Shown: positions 9,270 to 18,158 of the stretch, piece by piece
Position numbering within the stretch: the stretch's first letter is position 1
Layout: each line of letters starts with the position of its first letter
From: a virus
Lineage: Duplodnaviria; Heunggongvirae; Uroviricota; Caudoviricetes
Direction: 5' to 3' (one strand)
Virus record (IMG/VR): IMGVR_UViG_2877953467_000004
Location: 1-32,124 of that record
DNA: 32,124 nucleotides
Position numbers and translations under genes: made by a program
Notes under the pieces: model-generated
Told to the model about the DNA's origin: nothing
Database searches by the model: none
What the model saw: the letters and a program-made list of their open reading frames with translations, nothing else

Positions 9270-9683
9270 ATGAAAGTTTTTTACAGTGCCAGCCAGAACG
9301 GTTTTTATGATGATAACCAGACTCTTCCTGCAGATGCGGTCGAAATTGCTGAGTCGCTCCGAACTGAGTTAATTAGCGCCCAGAACATAGGTGGCGTAAT
9401 TAGGCCGGGAAGTGATGGGATGCCAGTGATCATCCCATCCGCAGATTATGTCCCAGAATTAACTGAAGAAGAGCAGCGGTGGTTTGCTGAATCCAAAAAA
9501 CAGTCACTGTTGTCAGAGGCAACCAATCGAATTGGACCTCTACAGTACGCGGTCGATGCAGGCAAAGCGACGGCTGAAGAGGCCGCCGACCTGATAAACT
9601 GGCAGGACTACCGGCTGGATTTGATGCGGGTTGATACGTCAAAACCTGTCTGGCCTACGCCTCCGGGGGAACAGGCCAGTTGA
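9270..9683 (+). CDS. Tail fibre assembly chaperone (alternative, silent-orientation copy)
   Basis: 137-aa ORF starting MKVFYSASQNGFYDDN... and ending ...VWPTPPGEQ, the typical Tfa shape; convergent with and overlapping the - strand tfa by about 29 nt. Confidence 0.8.
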   Translation: MKVFYSASQNGFYDDNQTLPADAVEIAESLRTELISAQNIGGVIRPGSDGMPVIIPSADYVPELTEEEQRWFAESKKQSLLSEATNRIGPLQYAVDAGKATAEEAADLINWQDYRLDLMRVDTSKPVWPTPPGEQAS

Positions 9684-10059
9684 TATCCGGTTCGGTGCTG
9701 GTATCTATTGCTGTCACCGCATCAATATAGTCTATCCAGGCGTTAAGGCTGACGGATTCAGCATCCGTTAGCTTACGCCCCATCAGCAGCTTGGTTTGCC
9801 AGACGACAATTCGGCTGGTCGCCGCATCAATACGGGCGCGTTTTTCCGCTTCAGCCTCTGCGACTAATTCATCGTGAGATTTTACCGGCTCGGGAATATC
9901 AGGAGCAGTGAAAGTGCCATCAGCATATAACCAGCCAATTCCTACACCATCAGCAGCCGGTATTGCAACGCCATTATCAGGCGACCATTCTGATTCACCA
10001 TCCCATAAGACGACGTTCACGACGGTGTTATTTTCAATTACTGCGTATGTTTTGCTCAT
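9655..10059 (-). CDS. G: Tail fibre assembly chaperone (expressed orientation)
   Basis: ORF immediately downstream of the H stop; Tfa-like C-terminus (...INWPVPPEA); ATG at 10059 preferred over the TTG at 10074. Confidence 0.8.
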   Translation of the reverse strand: MSKTYAVIENNTVVNVVLWDGESEWSPDNGVAIPAADGVGIGWLYADGTFTAPDIPEPVKSHDELVAEAEAEKRARIDAATSRIVVWQTKLLMGRKLTDAESVSLNAWIDYIDAVTAIDTSTEPDINWPVPPEA

Positions 10060-10063
10060 CGCA

Positions 10064-11767
10064 TCACCACTCAATCATCACAATACCAGGCGCACCGTTA
10101 CCGCCATTTCCACCGCGAGCAGTTAAGGTGGCAGTACCATATTTACCACCGCCTGATCCACCACCGGAGCCGTACCCGGAACCCGCCGTGCCGTCAGTTC
10201 CCTGATCCGTTCCCGCACGACCAGCACCACCACCGCCCCCGAACGGCGACGATGCTCCAGGTGCTCCGTTACCCGAACCGACACTTAAATTTCCATCACC
10301 ACCATAGCTTCCGGTCGGGAAACCCTGCCCGTAACCGCCTCCTGGGGCAGTATTCTGTCCGTTACCGGCATTTACTCCAGGCTGGCCACCATGCAACCTA
10401 ATCAGGTCTCCAATAACCGTATCACCTCCAGCGGTAGGTGCTGACCCGGTTGCGATACTGGCAATTGAACCAATCCCGCCAGCGCCAATTGATATGTCAA
10501 TAACACTACCAGGCACAACAGTGAATTTCCTTTTTACAATGGATTCGCCGGCCCCACCCGAACCACCGCCGCCACCAAAGAATGATGAGTCACCGCCACC
10601 ACCAGAACCACCACCACCTCCACCTGCAACAGCGGAGATCCACAGTTCAGTAACGCCCGCAGGAACAATGAATCTTCCACTTGATGTAAAGGTGGCAAAT
10701 CCGGTTTCGTGCAAACCAAGGTATGCGAGAAGACCAGCTACATCCTTTCCACTCAAATTAGTCAGCGTATTGTCCAGCGGTTGTTTACCTGCCAGCGCAT
10801 TAAGCATTGTCGTGGCAAAGTTCGGATCATTCCCCAGTGCCGCCGCCAGTTCGTTCAGTGTATCCAGTGCAGCAGGTGCAGAACCCACCATTCCTGCAAT
10901 CGCCGATTTCACAAAAGCCGTAGTGGCAATCTGTGTATTGTTGACCGACTGCGCCGCCGTGGGGGCTGTTGGCGTTCCGGTGAGTGCCGGACTCGACAAC
11001 GGTGCTTTTAGTGCCAGCGCATTGTTAATGGTGGTACTGAAATTCGGATCATTGTTAATGGCTGCGGCTATTTCTTTCAGCGTGTCCAGCGTGGCTGGCG
11101 CACCATTAATAAGGGCCGTCAGTGCCGCCTGTACAAACGCAGTGGTCGCAACCTGCGTGGTATTATTCCCCGCCGCTGGCGTTGGCGCTTTGGGGGTTCC
11201 GGTAAATGTCGGGCTGGCTTTTGGCGCGTACTGTGAATGCGGGTCCGGTGCGGCAAGATGTTTTGCCATCTGATCATCCGCGTACACCTTCAGCTCCAGT
11301 GCCTTGTCATCCACATACTTGCGGGTTGCCAGCACTACAGCAGGGTCGATTTTCAGGGTGATATTGTCCGTACTGCTGGTAATCAGCACCATGCGCACGG
11401 TCTGAGTGCGCCCGCTACCTTCAGCCAGTTGCGGCTTATAGCTTTCCGGGCAGTTGCCCACGGCAATCAATGCCCCGGACTCATCAAACAAGCCCACTTC
11501 ACGTATCCACCAACCGCCCTCGTTTTCAGGGATCACCTGTTCGGCAATAATCTGGCTGCTGTTCTGCGGGTCGATATAAAGCATATTCAGCGCAGCCCGG
11601 CGTTTCTCATTTACCAGTGCCGTCTGCTTTGCGTCCGGCGTTGGCAATACTCCACCGCCATCGCCCACCGCCATATGGGTAATTTTTAGCGGCACACCGA
11701 GCGCGGCGGCGCTGGCAAGTTTCGCCGCGCCAATATCCGTCAGCAGGGTATAAAATTTTGTGCTCAT
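10064..11767 (-). CDS. H: Tail fibre protein H with internal tandem repeat and glycine-rich C-terminal domain
   Basis: 567-aa ORF; N-terminus resembles P2 gpH; two copies of a roughly 55-aa repeat (TTAFV...NDPNF); C-terminal third is Gly-rich. Confidence 0.9.
   Translation of the reverse strand: MSTKFYTLLTDIGAAKLASAAALGVPLKITHMAVGDGGGVLPTPDAKQTALVNEKRRAALNMLYIDPQNSSQIIAEQVIPENEGGWWIREVGLFDESGALIAVGNCPESYKPQLAEGSGRTQTVRMVLITSSTDNITLKIDPAVVLATRKYVDDKALELKVYADDQMAKHLAAPDPHSQYAPKASPTFTGTPKAPTPAAGNNTTQVATTAFVQAALTALINGAPATLDTLKEIAAAINNDPNFSTTINNALALKAPLSSPALTGTPTAPTAAQSVNNTQIATTAFVKSAIAGMVGSAPAALDTLNELAAALGNDPNFATTMLNALAGKQPLDNTLTNLSGKDVAGLLAYLGLHETGFATFTSSGRFIVPAGVTELWISAVAGGGGGGSGGGGDSSFFGGGGGSGGAGESIVKRKFTVVPGSVIDISIGAGGIGSIASIATGSAPTAGGDTVIGDLIRLHGGQPGVNAGNGQNTAPGGGYGQGFPTGSYGGDGNLSVGSGNGAPGASSPFGGGGGAGRAGTDQGTDGTAGSGYGSGGGSGGGKYGTATLTARGGNGGNGAPGIVMIEW
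10706..10731. other. Candidate inversion crossover site inside H (right boundary of invertible segment)
   Basis: TTCGTGCAAACC-AA-GGTATGCGAGAA; left half matches the gix-type half-site; core dinucleotide complementary to the left site core and in the same codon phase. Confidence 0.25.
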
Positions 11768-12369
11768 GGATTCACTCTCATTGTGTCAATAACATGGACC
11801 GCCCCGCCTTCATGCGCGGTGCCACCGGAAATAATCGTTTCGTTGATATACGGATAGATCGTGATTTCTTCGCCAAGATAGCTGGCGGCTCCCACCCAAT
11901 GCGGGCCGCTGGTCTGCAGATTGATGGACATGCCGATCATGTGGCGGCTACATGGTTTGGCATCGCTTATCAGTCGCTCAAGTTCCAGATAGGTATCTTC
12001 AGTGATGCCCTGGTCCTGCACGCCGATATCCAGGCGAAACGTGCCCGGTGTTTCTCCGGTCTGCCACCACTCAATAATGCGGATCAGGAATCCGAACGGT
12101 TCCACCACCCGCCGCACGGCACTGGTGGTTCCTTTATGCTGATGAATATAAAAAGCATCCTTCACTACCTGGCGTTTGACGCTTTCTGTCCAGCCCTCGT
12201 CCCAGCGATCCACAGAGAACGCCCAGGCGAGATAAGGCAGGAAGCTGACCGGACAGGTAGCCGGATTCCACAAGTCACGCAGCGGCACCTGCAAATCAGA
12301 AATCCCGCTACAGGTTTGCGCCAGTCGGCGCTCCAGTGAAGTTGAACCCGGTGGCAGCAGACTATTCAT
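11764..12369 (-). CDS. I: Baseplate protein I
   Basis: 201-aa ORF between J and H; conserved order; start overlaps the H start region. Confidence 0.88.
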   Translation of the reverse strand: MNSLLPPGSTSLERRLAQTCSGISDLQVPLRDLWNPATCPVSFLPYLAWAFSVDRWDEGWTESVKRQVVKDAFYIHQHKGTTSAVRRVVEPFGFLIRIIEWWQTGETPGTFRLDIGVQDQGITEDTYLELERLISDAKPCSRHMIGMSINLQTSGPHWVGAASYLGEEITIYPYINETIISGGTAHEGGAVHVIDTMRVNP

Positions 12370-13270
12370 CCGTTCCTCCGTTGGTTACGCTCCACTGCGT
12401 ACATGATGCCGCCTGTGTTTTGTTCAGGACCACATCCGCCAGAGGAGAAGCCAGCTCCACACGCTGCACACCCTCAACATGCAGGGCGGCAAAGATGGCG
12501 CTACGGCGAATATCCCGACCAAGACGCGTCTGACTGGCAATGTACCTCTGCAGGCTGGCTTTTGCCGCTGCCATTACCGGCTCTGCTTCCGGTCCCGGAT
12601 AGAGAAAAATGGTGGCTTCCACGTGGTACGGGATGATTTCCGCGCTGCGAACCGTCAGACGGTCAGCCACCGGGCGGACATTCTCACTGTTCAGTGCTTT
12701 CTCCACCACATCCAGCAGGTCTTTTTCTGCTGTTCCGTCTCCTTCGCGGCTAAGGACTGTCAGCACCACCTCTGCAGGTGCCGGACTGGTTGCACTGGCA
12801 TCCGCCACCCGACCGTCGGCGCTTCGGGCATGAAATTCATAAGCGGCAGTTGGTCCCGCAACTGAAAGCCCCTCAAAGGCTGCAGGCACACGCAGGCGTA
12901 ACGCTTCATCGCTTTCCATCACAGCTGCAACGGGCGGCACAGCATCATTATCAGCAGGCGTCACCGTCAGGCGTGTCACGTTGTAGTTAGCAGCGAGCTG
13001 GTCAAGATCGCCGCCCATCGCGTAAGCCACCATCACCGCCTGCGCGGCTTCGTTAATGCGCTGGCGCAGAAGCAACTCACGGTAAGCGTTCTCCTGCAAC
13101 AATTTAGTGACGGGTTCAGATTCCAGTTCCAGCGTGCGGATCACTGCTTCCTGCTCATCTTTCGGATGAAGCGCCACAAATTCTGCCTTGCGTTCGGCAA
13201 GCAGCGTCTCAAAGTCCGGCACATCCACAATCTGCGGTGCAGGCAACTGCGAAAGGTCAATCACTGCCAT
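12362..13270 (-). CDS. J: Baseplate protein J
   Basis: Start moved to ATG at 13270 (MAVIDLSQLP...) with AGGAG RBS. Confidence 0.88.
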   Translation of the reverse strand: MAVIDLSQLPAPQIVDVPDFETLLAERKAEFVALHPKDEQEAVIRTLELESEPVTKLLQENAYRELLLRQRINEAAQAVMVAYAMGGDLDQLAANYNVTRLTVTPADNDAVPPVAAVMESDEALRLRVPAAFEGLSVAGPTAAYEFHARSADGRVADASATSPAPAEVVLTVLSREGDGTAEKDLLDVVEKALNSENVRPVADRLTVRSAEIIPYHVEATIFLYPGPEAEPVMAAAKASLQRYIASQTRLGRDIRRSAIFAALHVEGVQRVELASPLADVVLNKTQAASCTQWSVTNGGTDE

Positions 13271-13616
13271 TCTCTGCTCCTGTTGATACGGAAAGGGACA
13301 CAGGCACACCGTTATTCCGCCGCCCGGTCAGCTCCACCACCATTGAACCGTCAAAATTGCTGTTGATGGTGATGGAATCCAGCGTCAACCGTGGCTCCCA
13401 GCGACTCAGCGCCACATACACTGCCGACATGACCTGCAGGCGTAATGCCGGATTTTGTGGCTGATCTATCAGTGCCGACAGCAGGGAACCATATTCCCGG
13501 CGGGCAATACGGCTACCCTGCGGTGTCAGCAGAATGTCCCGCACCGACTGGCGCAGATGGTCAATATCAGTAATGGCTTTACCGCTGGTATTGTTCATCC
13601 CGCTATAAAGCGTCAT
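13257..13616 (-). CDS. W: Baseplate protein W (gp25-like)
   Basis: 119-aa ORF; its ATG overlaps the V stop (ATGA). Confidence 0.85.
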   Translation of the reverse strand: MTLYSGMNNTSGKAITDIDHLRQSVRDILLTPQGSRIARREYGSLLSALIDQPQNPALRLQVMSAVYVALSRWEPRLTLDSITINSNFDGSMVVELTGRRNNGVPVSLSVSTGAENGSD

Positions 13617-14191
13617 ACCGGGCCTCCGGTTGTGTCGCCGCCTTTCAGGACGCCAGTATGCTGATGCGCATCAACCACAATTCCGTTAGAACTCATTGCA
13701 CCGCCGCCCTGGGTAACACCTCCATTGATCACTACTTCGCTGTTAATGCGTGTGCGGTCAGCCTCCAGTACAAACTCACTGGTTTTCAGGGTGATGTTGT
13801 CAGCAGCCTCAATGACCATTGATTTGATGCCCCTGACATACCAGCGCCCGGTGGCGGGTTCGTATTCAAACCAGCCACCGTCAGGATGTTCTGTCACGCA
13901 GGCGTCCGCCGACGTCGACGGTGGTGCGAACTGATTCGAATAGACAGCGGGCAGCGCAAAGGCGGTTTCCAGATTGCCGCCCAGACTCAGCAGCACCACC
14001 TGCTCACCTTCCGATGGTCGCCACCATGTACGGGCATTCCCGGCACGCAGCGTCAGCCAGCTGATCCAGTTGGTTTCAAGCTCGCCCGTTTTCACCCGGC
14101 AAAGCCAGTTTTCCCTGTCCACTTCGGTGACTACCCCTGTGCGGATCAGGTTGGTGATAAGGCGCATGATTTCGGTTAATTGTGCGTTCAT
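13613..14191 (-). CDS. V: Baseplate spike/assembly protein V
   Basis: N-terminus MNAQLTEIMRLITNLIRTG parallels P2 gpV. Confidence 0.88.
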   Translation of the reverse strand: MNAQLTEIMRLITNLIRTGVVTEVDRENWLCRVKTGELETNWISWLTLRAGNARTWWRPSEGEQVVLLSLGGNLETAFALPAVYSNQFAPPSTSADACVTEHPDGGWFEYEPATGRWYVRGIKSMVIEAADNITLKTSEFVLEADRTRINSEVVINGGVTQGGGAMSSNGIVVDAHQHTGVLKGGDTTGGPV

Positions 14192-14237
14192 AGGGAAAGG
14201 TTGCCATCAGGGGAAGAAAGGCGGCAGTGCTGCAACT

Positions 14238-14255
14238 TGTATCAGTGCTGATACA
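14238..14255. promoter_or_regulatory. Palindromic TGT-N12-ACA dyad (Ogr-type site) upstream of V
   Basis: TGTATCAGTGCTGATACA, perfect palindrome, centred about 55 bp upstream of the V ATG. Confidence 0.4.
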
Positions 14256-14259
14256 AAGA

Positions 14260-14706
14260 TCACCCCGCCAGCCATTGCAGAATCATGTCGCGGGTCATTG
14301 CCTCAACATCATCATTTACACCCAGCAGGCGGCGCTCTGCGTAACGGACCTCCGGTCCTTTGCGACTGACGCGATCACGCAGGCCGTAATGGTGAACACG
14401 GGCAATACGCTGCACCTTGCCTTCAAACTGTACGCTGGCAGAGTCGGCGCTGGCGGCAGTTTTCAGGTATTTTGTGGTGCGCAACTTTGCAAACATCTGA
14501 CGTTTGATGCGGCCTTTTTTGCTGCGTGCTGTTACCCTGCGCGGTTCATAACTGCTGCCATCTGGATTGCGCTGCATCCTGATATTCTGCTGCTGTGTCC
14601 GGCGCAGTTCCTGCGCCAGCTGGCGCATCATGCGGCTTCTCGTGGCTGGTTCCAGATTCGCCAGCAAGGCACTCAGCCAGTCGTCCACCTTCTGCAGTTC
14701 AGCCAC
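14260..14706 (-). CDS. S: Tail completion protein S
   Basis: 148-aa ORF; GTG start overlapping the R stop; conserved order. Confidence 0.85.
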   Translation of the reverse strand: MAELQKVDDWLSALLANLEPATRSRMMRQLAQELRRTQQQNIRMQRNPDGSSYEPRRVTARSKKGRIKRQMFAKLRTTKYLKTAASADSASVQFEGKVQRIARVHHYGLRDRVSRKGPEVRYAERRLLGVNDDVEAMTRDMILQWLAG

Positions 14707-15130
14707 GTTTCACCGTCCACATTTCTTCAGGTTCATCGGGTTCTGCTACAGCTTCAACGCTCGACACACTGCCGTCAGTGCTGACCAGCACACGTTCCGT
14801 CAGTTGCAGGTTAAGGCTGATATCACAGACATCGTTGCGCAGAATATCCACCTCAAAGGTAAATAGTTTTTCCCGTAACGCCGGGTTATTGATGGCATCG
14901 GGCTGGTTATCCCGCAGCCACAGCAAAACCGGGGCCATCAGCAGATTCTGGTCGCCGCTGAAATCCTCAATCACCGCGTTCAGGGTGTAACGGTACTCCC
15001 ACGACATGGAGCTGGCCCCCGTGGCAACCAGCGAACCGTTATCCACAAACAGATGCAGTTTGTCCGGGTTATTGCGGACATAAGGCACAGCTTTATTGAG
15101 GGCGTGGCGCAGGGATTGTGGTTTGTTCAC
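14699..15130 (-). CDS. R: Tail completion protein R
   Basis: Conserved position; start placed at GTG 15130 (GGAG RBS) rather than the TTG at 15151. Confidence 0.8.
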   Translation of the reverse strand: MNKPQSLRHALNKAVPYVRNNPDKLHLFVDNGSLVATGASSMSWEYRYTLNAVIEDFSGDQNLLMAPVLLWLRDNQPDAINNPALREKLFTFEVDILRNDVCDISLNLQLTERVLVSTDGSVSSVEAVAEPDEPEEMWTVKRG

Positions 15131-15383
15131 TGTTTCGCTCCTGACACGCAATAATCATGTCCACTTTGTCTGCACAGACCGCCCAGGCGGCCTCCGTTTC
15201 ATCCAGCAACGCGTTCAGATCACCGTTAGTGCGCGGCGTTGCCTGATCCAGCCGACACGGCGTCACTCGCGGACAACCACTGACGGTAAGCTGCACCTCC
15301 GGTGAGTGCCGGACGTTCCCGCAGCCGGATAATGTCAACAGGCAAAGGAGTATCAGCCCAGTGGCGTAAATCCTCGTTCTCAC
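15093..15383 (-). CDS. lysC: Outer-membrane lipoprotein spanin (LysC/Rz1-like), overlapping lysB and R in another frame
   Basis: Signal peptide plus lipobox LTLSGC and a Pro-rich C-terminus; start codon uncertain. Confidence 0.5.
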   Translation of the reverse strand: MRTRIYATGLILLCLLTLSGCGNVRHSPEVQLTVSGCPRVTPCRLDQATPRTNGDLNALLDETEAAWAVCADKVDMIIACQERNSEQTTIPAPRPQ

Positions 15384-15654
15384 GTTTCAGTTCCTCAATC
15401 CGGCGTTGTCGTTGTCTCAGCAGTGCGCTGGTCTGTTCTGCTTCGGCATAGAGCCGCGCCTGCTCCCGGTTATTGGTTTCAGTCAGAATGGACAGGCTGA
15501 TAAGCTGGCTGTTGCTCTTTGCCAGTGCCTGGCTTTTGCTCTGCAGCTCGTCCGCCTGCGTGCTGATGGTCCGGCTGGCATCAGCCAGCCGCCACGTCTG
15601 CCAGCCCAGCGCCACCAGTAATAACGCCAGCACAACCAGCAGCAACCGGTTCAT
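15226..15654 (-). CDS. lysB: Inner-membrane spanin (LysB/Rz-like)
   Basis: N-terminal transmembrane helix, coiled-coil periplasmic domain; ATG overlaps the lysA stop. Confidence 0.8.
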   Translation of the reverse strand: MNRLLLVVLALLLVALGWQTWRLADASRTISTQADELQSKSQALAKSNSQLISLSILTETNNREQARLYAEAEQTSALLRQRQRRIEELKRENEDLRHWADTPLPVDIIRLRERPALTGGAAYRQWLSASDAVSAGSGNAAH

Positions 15655-16028
15655 GCTGCTACCTGTTGCGCCATCTGGTTACGGGTGATCCAGAAGGCAA
15701 TAACGGTCAGCAGATAAAGGACCAGGGTAATGGTCCACCCCGTCCAGGCGAGACTGACAACAATCAGCAATCGCATCACCCAGCTGATAAATACGTTTTC
15801 TTTTCGGGTAATGGTCTTCAGCAAAGATGCCCTCAACTCCTGCCAGAGCGGGCCGTTCTTAATTAACGCAGCCAGTGCTACCGGAATTGCCACCCATGTC
15901 AGCAGACAGGCTACCCAGACACCGGACGCTGCCAGTACCGGAAAAATCCCCTGCGGATACACCATTGCTGCGATCAACAGCGCCATCCATAACATCAGAA
16001 ACAGCCCGCTGATTAATTTCTTTTTCAT
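15651..16028 (-). CDS. lysA: Lysis-associated membrane protein (LysA-like)
   Basis: Multi-pass hydrophobic protein directly after the endolysin; start chosen at MKKKLIS (16028). Confidence 0.7.
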   Translation of the reverse strand: MKKKLISGLFLMLWMALLIAAMVYPQGIFPVLAASGVWVACLLTWVAIPVALAALIKNGPLWQELRASLLKTITRKENVFISWVMRLLIVVSLAWTGWTITLVLYLLTVIAFWITRNQMAQQVAA

Positions 16029-16029
16029 T

Positions 16030-16542
16030 TCAGTTTGCTCCCTGTAAGCACCAGGCCATCTCCCGCGCACGGCGGTTATCCAGCCCCTGATTAAAAATAC
16101 CTTTCACATAAACCCAGCGCGGCAACTGTCGGCACGCATCCGCCCAGCGCCGCTGGTTGAGTAATTTCACCAGCGTGGAACTGCAGGCATTGCCCGTTCC
16201 CACGTTGAAGGCAAACGACACCGCAGCGTCATACACCTTCTGCGGCGGCTGTTGCTTCACACACCTTTCCAGCGCCCGCTCCACACGCAGCACGTTAGAG
16301 ATCAGCCCTTCCGCTGCCAGTCGTTCCGTAATGGTTTTGCCGGGAATGACGCCAGACGTATTACCAATGCCGTCGGTCCAGACACCCGCGCTGCACTGAT
16401 ACGGCTGCAGACGACAGCCTTCGTAATCGGCAATCAGTTTCAGCCCCTCCACGGAGGTGTGAAGCTGCTGAAAACCCGGCAGCGTGGCAGCAATAGCCAG
16501 CACGGCCCCGACAAGGCAGCGTTTAACGATTGATGGATTCAT
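16030..16542 (-). CDS. K: Endolysin, lysozyme (GH24-like) with N-terminal signal-anchor-like segment
   Basis: 170-aa ORF with GGGAGG RBS; lysozyme-like catalytic region (EGxxL...Y...DxxGxxTxGxG); N-terminus LVGAVLAIAATLPG is weakly hydrophobic. Confidence 0.88.
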   Translation of the reverse strand: MNPSIVKRCLVGAVLAIAATLPGFQQLHTSVEGLKLIADYEGCRLQPYQCSAGVWTDGIGNTSGVIPGKTITERLAAEGLISNVLRVERALERCVKQQPPQKVYDAAVSFAFNVGTGNACSSTLVKLLNQRRWADACRQLPRWVYVKGIFNQGLDNRRAREMAWCLQGAN

Positions 16543-16738
16543 AGTCCTCCCGCGAGATCTGCCCGTCGCGCAGAAGCTGGTAGGCTTTGTGTTTGTAGTA
16601 CCAGTTGATAGCCAGCATCAGCACACCAATCATCAGGCCGCCCAGCGTTGAGGCATCCTTGATGGACAAATCGCCCAGCCAGGCCAGCACGACGGCGATG
16701 CAATACGTGATAAAGGCGCTGATTCGCTCAAGCGTCAT
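16523..16738 (-). CDS. Y: Holin (small two-TM membrane protein)
   Basis: 71-aa ORF with two hydrophobic helices and a charged C-terminus, immediately upstream of the endolysin. Confidence 0.7.
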   Translation of the reverse strand: MTLERISAFITYCIAVVLAWLGDLSIKDASTLGGLMIGVLMLAINWYYKHKAYQLLRDGQISREDYESINR

Positions 16739-16741
16739 AAT

Positions 16742-16945
16742 TCAGTCCCATAGCTGGACGGTCTGCACGGTGGTGGTTGTCGGAATGTCCGGCAGCTCCA
16801 CCTGCAGCCCGTGAGGTAAAAAGGGGCCGTATTCGGCAAGCCCCGGATTTGCCTTCAGTACCTGCTCCGTGACACCCTGCGTGCGCCCGTAATGACGCCA
16901 GCAAAGTGCGTCCACCGTGTCATACTGATGCGCACGCACTTTCAT
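16742..16945 (-). CDS. X: Tail protein X
   Basis: 67-aa ORF between L and the holin; resembles P2 gpX. Confidence 0.85.
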   Translation of the reverse strand: MKVRAHQYDTVDALCWRHYGRTQGVTEQVLKANPGLAEYGPFLPHGLQVELPDIPTTTTVQTVQLWD

Positions 16946-17409
16946 CAGATAAGCTCCACTGTGCAGTGCGGCGCATCCTGCACCCGGCTGATGGCCCAGC
17001 GGGCGTCACGCCATAAATCACCGCTTGCTTCCGCCAGTTCCTCGCCTCGCTTCGCACCGGATGCCGTGGCGTCATAGTCCTGGTAACGTTCGTTGAGCAT
17101 GGCGCGTGCCCAGCAGTAAACCGCGTTGAAATAGTGCTGAATGCGCTCGCTTTTGCCGTCCAGCTGCTCCGCCGGGACTTCTGCCAGCGAGGCATACCCC
17201 AGCATCTGCTGGCGTCTGCGAAACTCATACAGCTCTGCGTTGACCTCCGAAATTGCCGACAGGGCAACCTGTTTTAAACGCGGCTGCGTCACCGTGCCGT
17301 CAGTGCGCATCACACTGCGAAACTCCGACAGGTCCACATCAGGCCAGAACGGCGTATTCCTGATGATTTCCGCCTGTTCCGGTGCCTGTTCTGGCGCAAC
17401 AAACTTCAT
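16945..17409 (-). CDS. L: Head completion/stabilisation protein L
   Basis: Start set at ATG 17409 (MKFVAPEQ...) with AGGAG RBS; stop overlaps the X start. Confidence 0.85.
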   Translation of the reverse strand: MKFVAPEQAPEQAEIIRNTPFWPDVDLSEFRSVMRTDGTVTQPRLKQVALSAISEVNAELYEFRRRQQMLGYASLAEVPAEQLDGKSERIQHYFNAVYCWARAMLNERYQDYDATASGAKRGEELAEASGDLWRDARWAISRVQDAPHCTVELI

Positions 17410-17504
17410 GCTGCTTTCTCCTGAAATAGAGGGCGGTGGACGGGGTTTTGATGTGGCAGTGCCTTTCGCCACCCCGTGCCGCCCGTGCGCGGGGGCACGT
17501 TCTG

Positions 17505-18155
17505 TCAGCGGCTGTCATTGCGCAGTCTGCGCTCCAGCTGCTGTTTGTCTTTTTTCACGCCACAGCGGGGATCGAGCTGTAACGCATGGTTGAGATGATT
17601 AAGGGCAGACGCCGGATTTCTTTCACTCAGGACAGCGCCAATCGCTTTATGCAGACGCGCCCGTGACTGGTCCGGCATATCCATACCGTCTGTCAGCTCC
17701 AGGGTCTGCAGCAACAGATCGGCATCAAAGCCGGTGGCGGCAAGCATTGCGCTCTGGGCTGCATCTGCCATTTCCTCTGCCAGCACGGTCTGCACGTTGC
17801 GGTTACCTAACGGCATCACCCAGCCATGACGCAGGGCGTGACGCCCGATCTCCAGCGCCCCGGCATAATCTCCGGCATCAATGCGCCACAGCATCACGTA
17901 CATCAGCACGTCATCCTGTTGAGCGCCTCCGGCAGCCAGGACACCCTCCGCCCAGGCGGCGTACTTCGGCAGCAGCTCCACCTTGATTTCCGCTTTTTTG
18001 ACCGTGGACTGAACGCCCTTGAGACGGCGGCGGTCTTCCGCCAGTTGCAGCAGCATCAGGTCATAGCCCGACGCGTGGCGAACGCTGCCGCCCTCGCGGG
18101 CGGCCTGTTCAGCCTGAACGCGCAGGCGATGCTGCCGTGCGGGACTCAGGCTCAT
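17505..18155 (-). CDS. M: Terminase small (endonuclease) subunit M
   Basis: 216-aa ORF after the capsid gene; conserved order. Confidence 0.85.
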   Translation of the reverse strand: MSLSPARQHRLRVQAEQAAREGGSVRHASGYDLMLLQLAEDRRRLKGVQSTVKKAEIKVELLPKYAAWAEGVLAAGGAQQDDVLMYVMLWRIDAGDYAGALEIGRHALRHGWVMPLGNRNVQTVLAEEMADAAQSAMLAATGFDADLLLQTLELTDGMDMPDQSRARLHKAIGAVLSERNPASALNHLNHALQLDPRCGVKKDKQQLERRLRNDSR

Positions 18156-18158
18156 GAA

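Noticed and set aside
8822-10100. Search for a serine invertase (Gin/Cin/Pin) gene flanking the tail-fibre inversion cassette
   Set aside because: No ORF of suitable size or sequence exists on either flank; the left flank is only about 130 bp before FI and the right flank is the H constant region.
10494-11273. 259-aa + strand ORF with proline-rich N-terminus inside H
   Set aside because: Mirror image of the Gly-rich codons of the tail fibre gene on the opposite strand; no independent start signals.
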